Origin: an uncultured archaeon
GTDB taxonomy: Archaea > Aenigmatarchaeota > Aenigmatarchaeia > CG10238-14
Direction: 5' to 3'
Length of the DNA: 27,382 nt
NCBI GenBank assembly: GCA_964392445.1
Contig: CAYMPD010000015.1
Location: 1-27,382 of the forward strand
Shown here: positions 25,631-27,382 of the stretch, one piece after another
Numbering within the stretch: position 1 is the stretch's first letter
How the letters are laid out: every line of letters begins with the position of its first letter
Notes under the pieces: model-generated
Seen by the model: only the letters and a program-made list of their open reading frames with translations
Database searches by the model: none
Told to the model about the DNA's origin: nothing
Program-made: the position numbers and the translations under genes

Positions 25631-26113
25631 ATGGAAAAAATTCAATATAGTCCAATAGGAGTTATTCATTCCCCTTTCAAAAAACCAGAAGGCACACCTA
25701 TACAACCAACCGCTGATAAAGACATAGAAGGAACCGTGGAAGTTTTACCGGATTATGAAGAAGGACTTAAAGATATTGATGGATTTTCGCATATAATTCT
25801 CATATATCATTTTCATCTTTCAAAAAAACCTAAACTACTGGTAAAACCATTTCTGGATAACAAATTAAGGGGTTTATTCTCGACCAGAGCCCCTTCAAGA
25901 CCCAATTCGATAGGAATTTCAATTGTCCGTCTAGTCAAAATTGAGGGAAGAAAATTACATGTCAGAGGCGTGGATATATTAGATGGCACTCCTCTACTTG
26001 ATATAAAACCTTATGTGCCCCATTTCGATGAAAGGAAAGTTGAAAAAATAGGCTGGTTGAAAGGTAAAATAGGAGAAATTCCGGGAAAAAAGGCTGATGG
26101 GAGATTTACGTAA
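25631..26113 (+). CDS. trmO: TrmO/TsaA-family SAM-binding protein (tRNA t6A37 N6-methyltransferase-like)
   Basis: YSPIGVIHSPF, GFSHIILIYHFH, GLFSTRAPSRPNSIG and DILDGTPLLDIKPY; the family-like start is at 25631, not 25502. Confidence 0.9.
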   Translation: MEKIQYSPIGVIHSPFKKPEGTPIQPTADKDIEGTVEVLPDYEEGLKDIDGFSHIILIYHFHLSKKPKLLVKPFLDNKLRGLFSTRAPSRPNSIGISIVRLVKIEGRKLHVRGVDILDGTPLLDIKPYVPHFDERKVEKIGWLKGKIGEIPGKKADGRFT

Positions 26114-26149
26114 TAAAAATACGGTTTTTTGAAATAAAAAAATAAAAAA

Positions 26150-26491
26150 TTATTCTGCTGCTATTCTATGACATCCACCTGTAAGCCCTGCTTTATGTCT
26201 GTCACAACCGCCAGCACCATGACATCCACTAGCTGTAGTATGTCTTGGACAATTAGCCGCATTATCACACACGCCGTCATTGTCAGCATCTACATATCCG
26301 CCTGCTCGCTCCTTGTTAGGGCAATCACCAGCATTATCACAAACACCATCACCATCTGCATCTATGAAGCCTGTTGTCGGAGCGGTGTTAGAGTCTTGAG
26401 CACTCGCAAAACCCGTCATGTTAAAGAGTCCAATAACAAGCATTGCAGCAAACATTATGCCAATACCAATTCCTACTATTTTTCTATCCAT
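26150..26491 (-). CDS. Small exported protein with two DADxDGVCDN repeats and a Cys/His tail
   Basis: Signal/TM; GFIDADGDGVCDNAGDCP and GYVDADNDGVCDNAANCP; GAGGTGA RBS. Confidence 0.82.
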   Translation of the reverse strand: MDRKIVGIGIGIMFAAMLVIGLFNMTGFASAQDSNTAPTTGFIDADGDGVCDNAGDCPNKERAGGYVDADNDGVCDNAANCPRHTTASGCHGAGGCDRHKAGLTGGCHRIAAE

Positions 26492-26596
26492 TTGGTCTTC
26501 ACCTCTTAATATTCTTTATGTATTTAATATTTTTCATCTCGTTATTATTAAATTAGTTTTTTAATTTATAAAGAATATGGACTTCACGTCCATTTT

Positions 26597-27052
26597 TTAC
26601 GGGCAATAAAACCTGACCATCAAATCTTTTAATTTCTTAAAAATTTTCAAAGTCTTCTCTATATCTTTATCATCAATCTTTAACTTAATTATATATTCCC
26701 AAACGTGTTTACAGGTTTGTGGGTCTAGTCCAAGGTGTAGGCTCGTCCAGAAAGATTACTTTGAGGTAATTTATTAGCCCTCTAGCTATTTCCAATCTTC
26801 TCTGCATACCACCTGAAAATGTTCTTACTACAGAATTTTCTCTATCTTTCAATTCGACAATTTATAAAACTTTATTTATTCTCGTCTTTTTTCATCTTTG
26901 GGAACAACATACGATCTCGCATGAAGTTCAAGATCCTCTTTCGTAGTTAATCTATCGTCCAATGTAGTGCCCTGAAAAAATAATCCTATGGATTATCTTA
27001 CTTCTTTTTGTTTAGAATTAACATCATATCCGCATATGGTTGCTTTATTCAT
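26597..27052 (-). pseudogene. Decayed ABC-transporter ATPase (DrrA/NodI-like); not in the ORF track
   Basis: Manual translation: ATICGYDV...EVR*SIGLFFQGTTLDDRLT...LHAR / (frameshift) KVL*IVELKDR...TFSGGMQRRLEIARGL...VIFLDEPT / (frameshift) LGLDPQT...VWEYI. Stops at 26993-26995 and 26862-26864; no Walker A. Confidence 0.9.
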
Positions 27053-27382
27053 ATCTCAATGCATCAACTGGATTTAGTTTTGATGCTCTATAAGCAGGAA
27101 TTGCTCCAGCAACCATTCCTATAATAACTGAAAACAATAATGCTCCAATTACAAGTTCAGGAGTTATTGCAGTTGCCCCAAACATTCTACTTGTCATCCC
27201 TCCTCCATTAGCACCTAAAGAACCAACAAAATTAGAACCAAAAACTCCGAATATGACTCCTCCAATACCTCCGACAAATCCAATCAAAGCAGAATTCAAT
27301 AAAAAAATCAAAAGAATGTCTTTATTCTTTGTTCCAATTGCCTTCATAATTCCTATTTCTTTTGTTTTCTCTAAAACAGAAG
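27045..27382 (-). CDS. MacB/FtsX-family ABC permease, C-terminal part (5'-partial)
   Basis: The frame is open to the window edge: SVLEKTKEIGIMKAIGTK...GAIPAYRASKLNPVDALRYE. Confidence 0.93.
   Translation of the reverse strand, partial: SVLEKTKEIGIMKAIGTKNKDILLIFLLNSALIGFVGGIGGVIFGVFGSNFVGSLGANGGGMTSRMFGATAITPELVIGALLFSVIIGMVAGAIPAYRASKLNPVDALRYE

Noticed and set aside
26168-26509. 113-aa plus-strand ORF mirroring the repeat protein
   Set aside because: Antisense shadow. The minus-strand ORF has the signal peptide, repeats and RBS.
26577-26598. Hairpin ATGGAC-TTCAC-GTCCAT followed by a T run (REP- or terminator-like)
   Set aside because: Single copy with a 6-bp stem and no transposase nearby; it cannot be distinguished from chance or a simple terminator.
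1-27382. CRISPR array, rRNA, transposase or integrase
   Set aside because: No regularly spaced repeats, rRNA-like sequence or recombinase motifs were seen.

Overview
Low-GC archaeal DNA: rps8e, rpl37e, Sm/Lsm, archaeal dephospho-CoA kinase, TATA boxes and GAGGTG ribosome-binding sites. A DPANN-like lineage is my impression only. Bases 1-4967 are mostly housekeeping and end in tRNA-Lys(UUU). Everything downstream is accessory, in this order: a Ca2+-type P-ATPase and a cation/Ca2+ antiporter; an AbiE toxin-antitoxin pair bracketed by 26-bp direct repeats; an ArsR/ArsP/thioredoxin/ferredoxin cluster; and a membrane-anchored wHTH regulator. The regulator is divergent from a ~10 kb tightly packed operon: Trx-Trx-CcdA fusion, GcvH/LbpA-like lipoyl carrier, anchored Trx, TusA, YeeE, DsrE/F/H, LipA, a CxxxC lipoprotein, LplA, LplB and an atypical P-ATPase (DKTKT/TGEW). 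After it come ArsF/ArsG-like genes, a TrmO-like gene, a Ca-binding repeat protein, an ABC-ATPase pseudogene and a partial ABC permease. The best candidate for an undescribed system is the lipoate plus sulfur-relay plus transmembrane thiol-redox operon (14123-24081), which also carries a perfect 273-bp in-frame domain duplication. All assignments come from motif reading; no database search was run.
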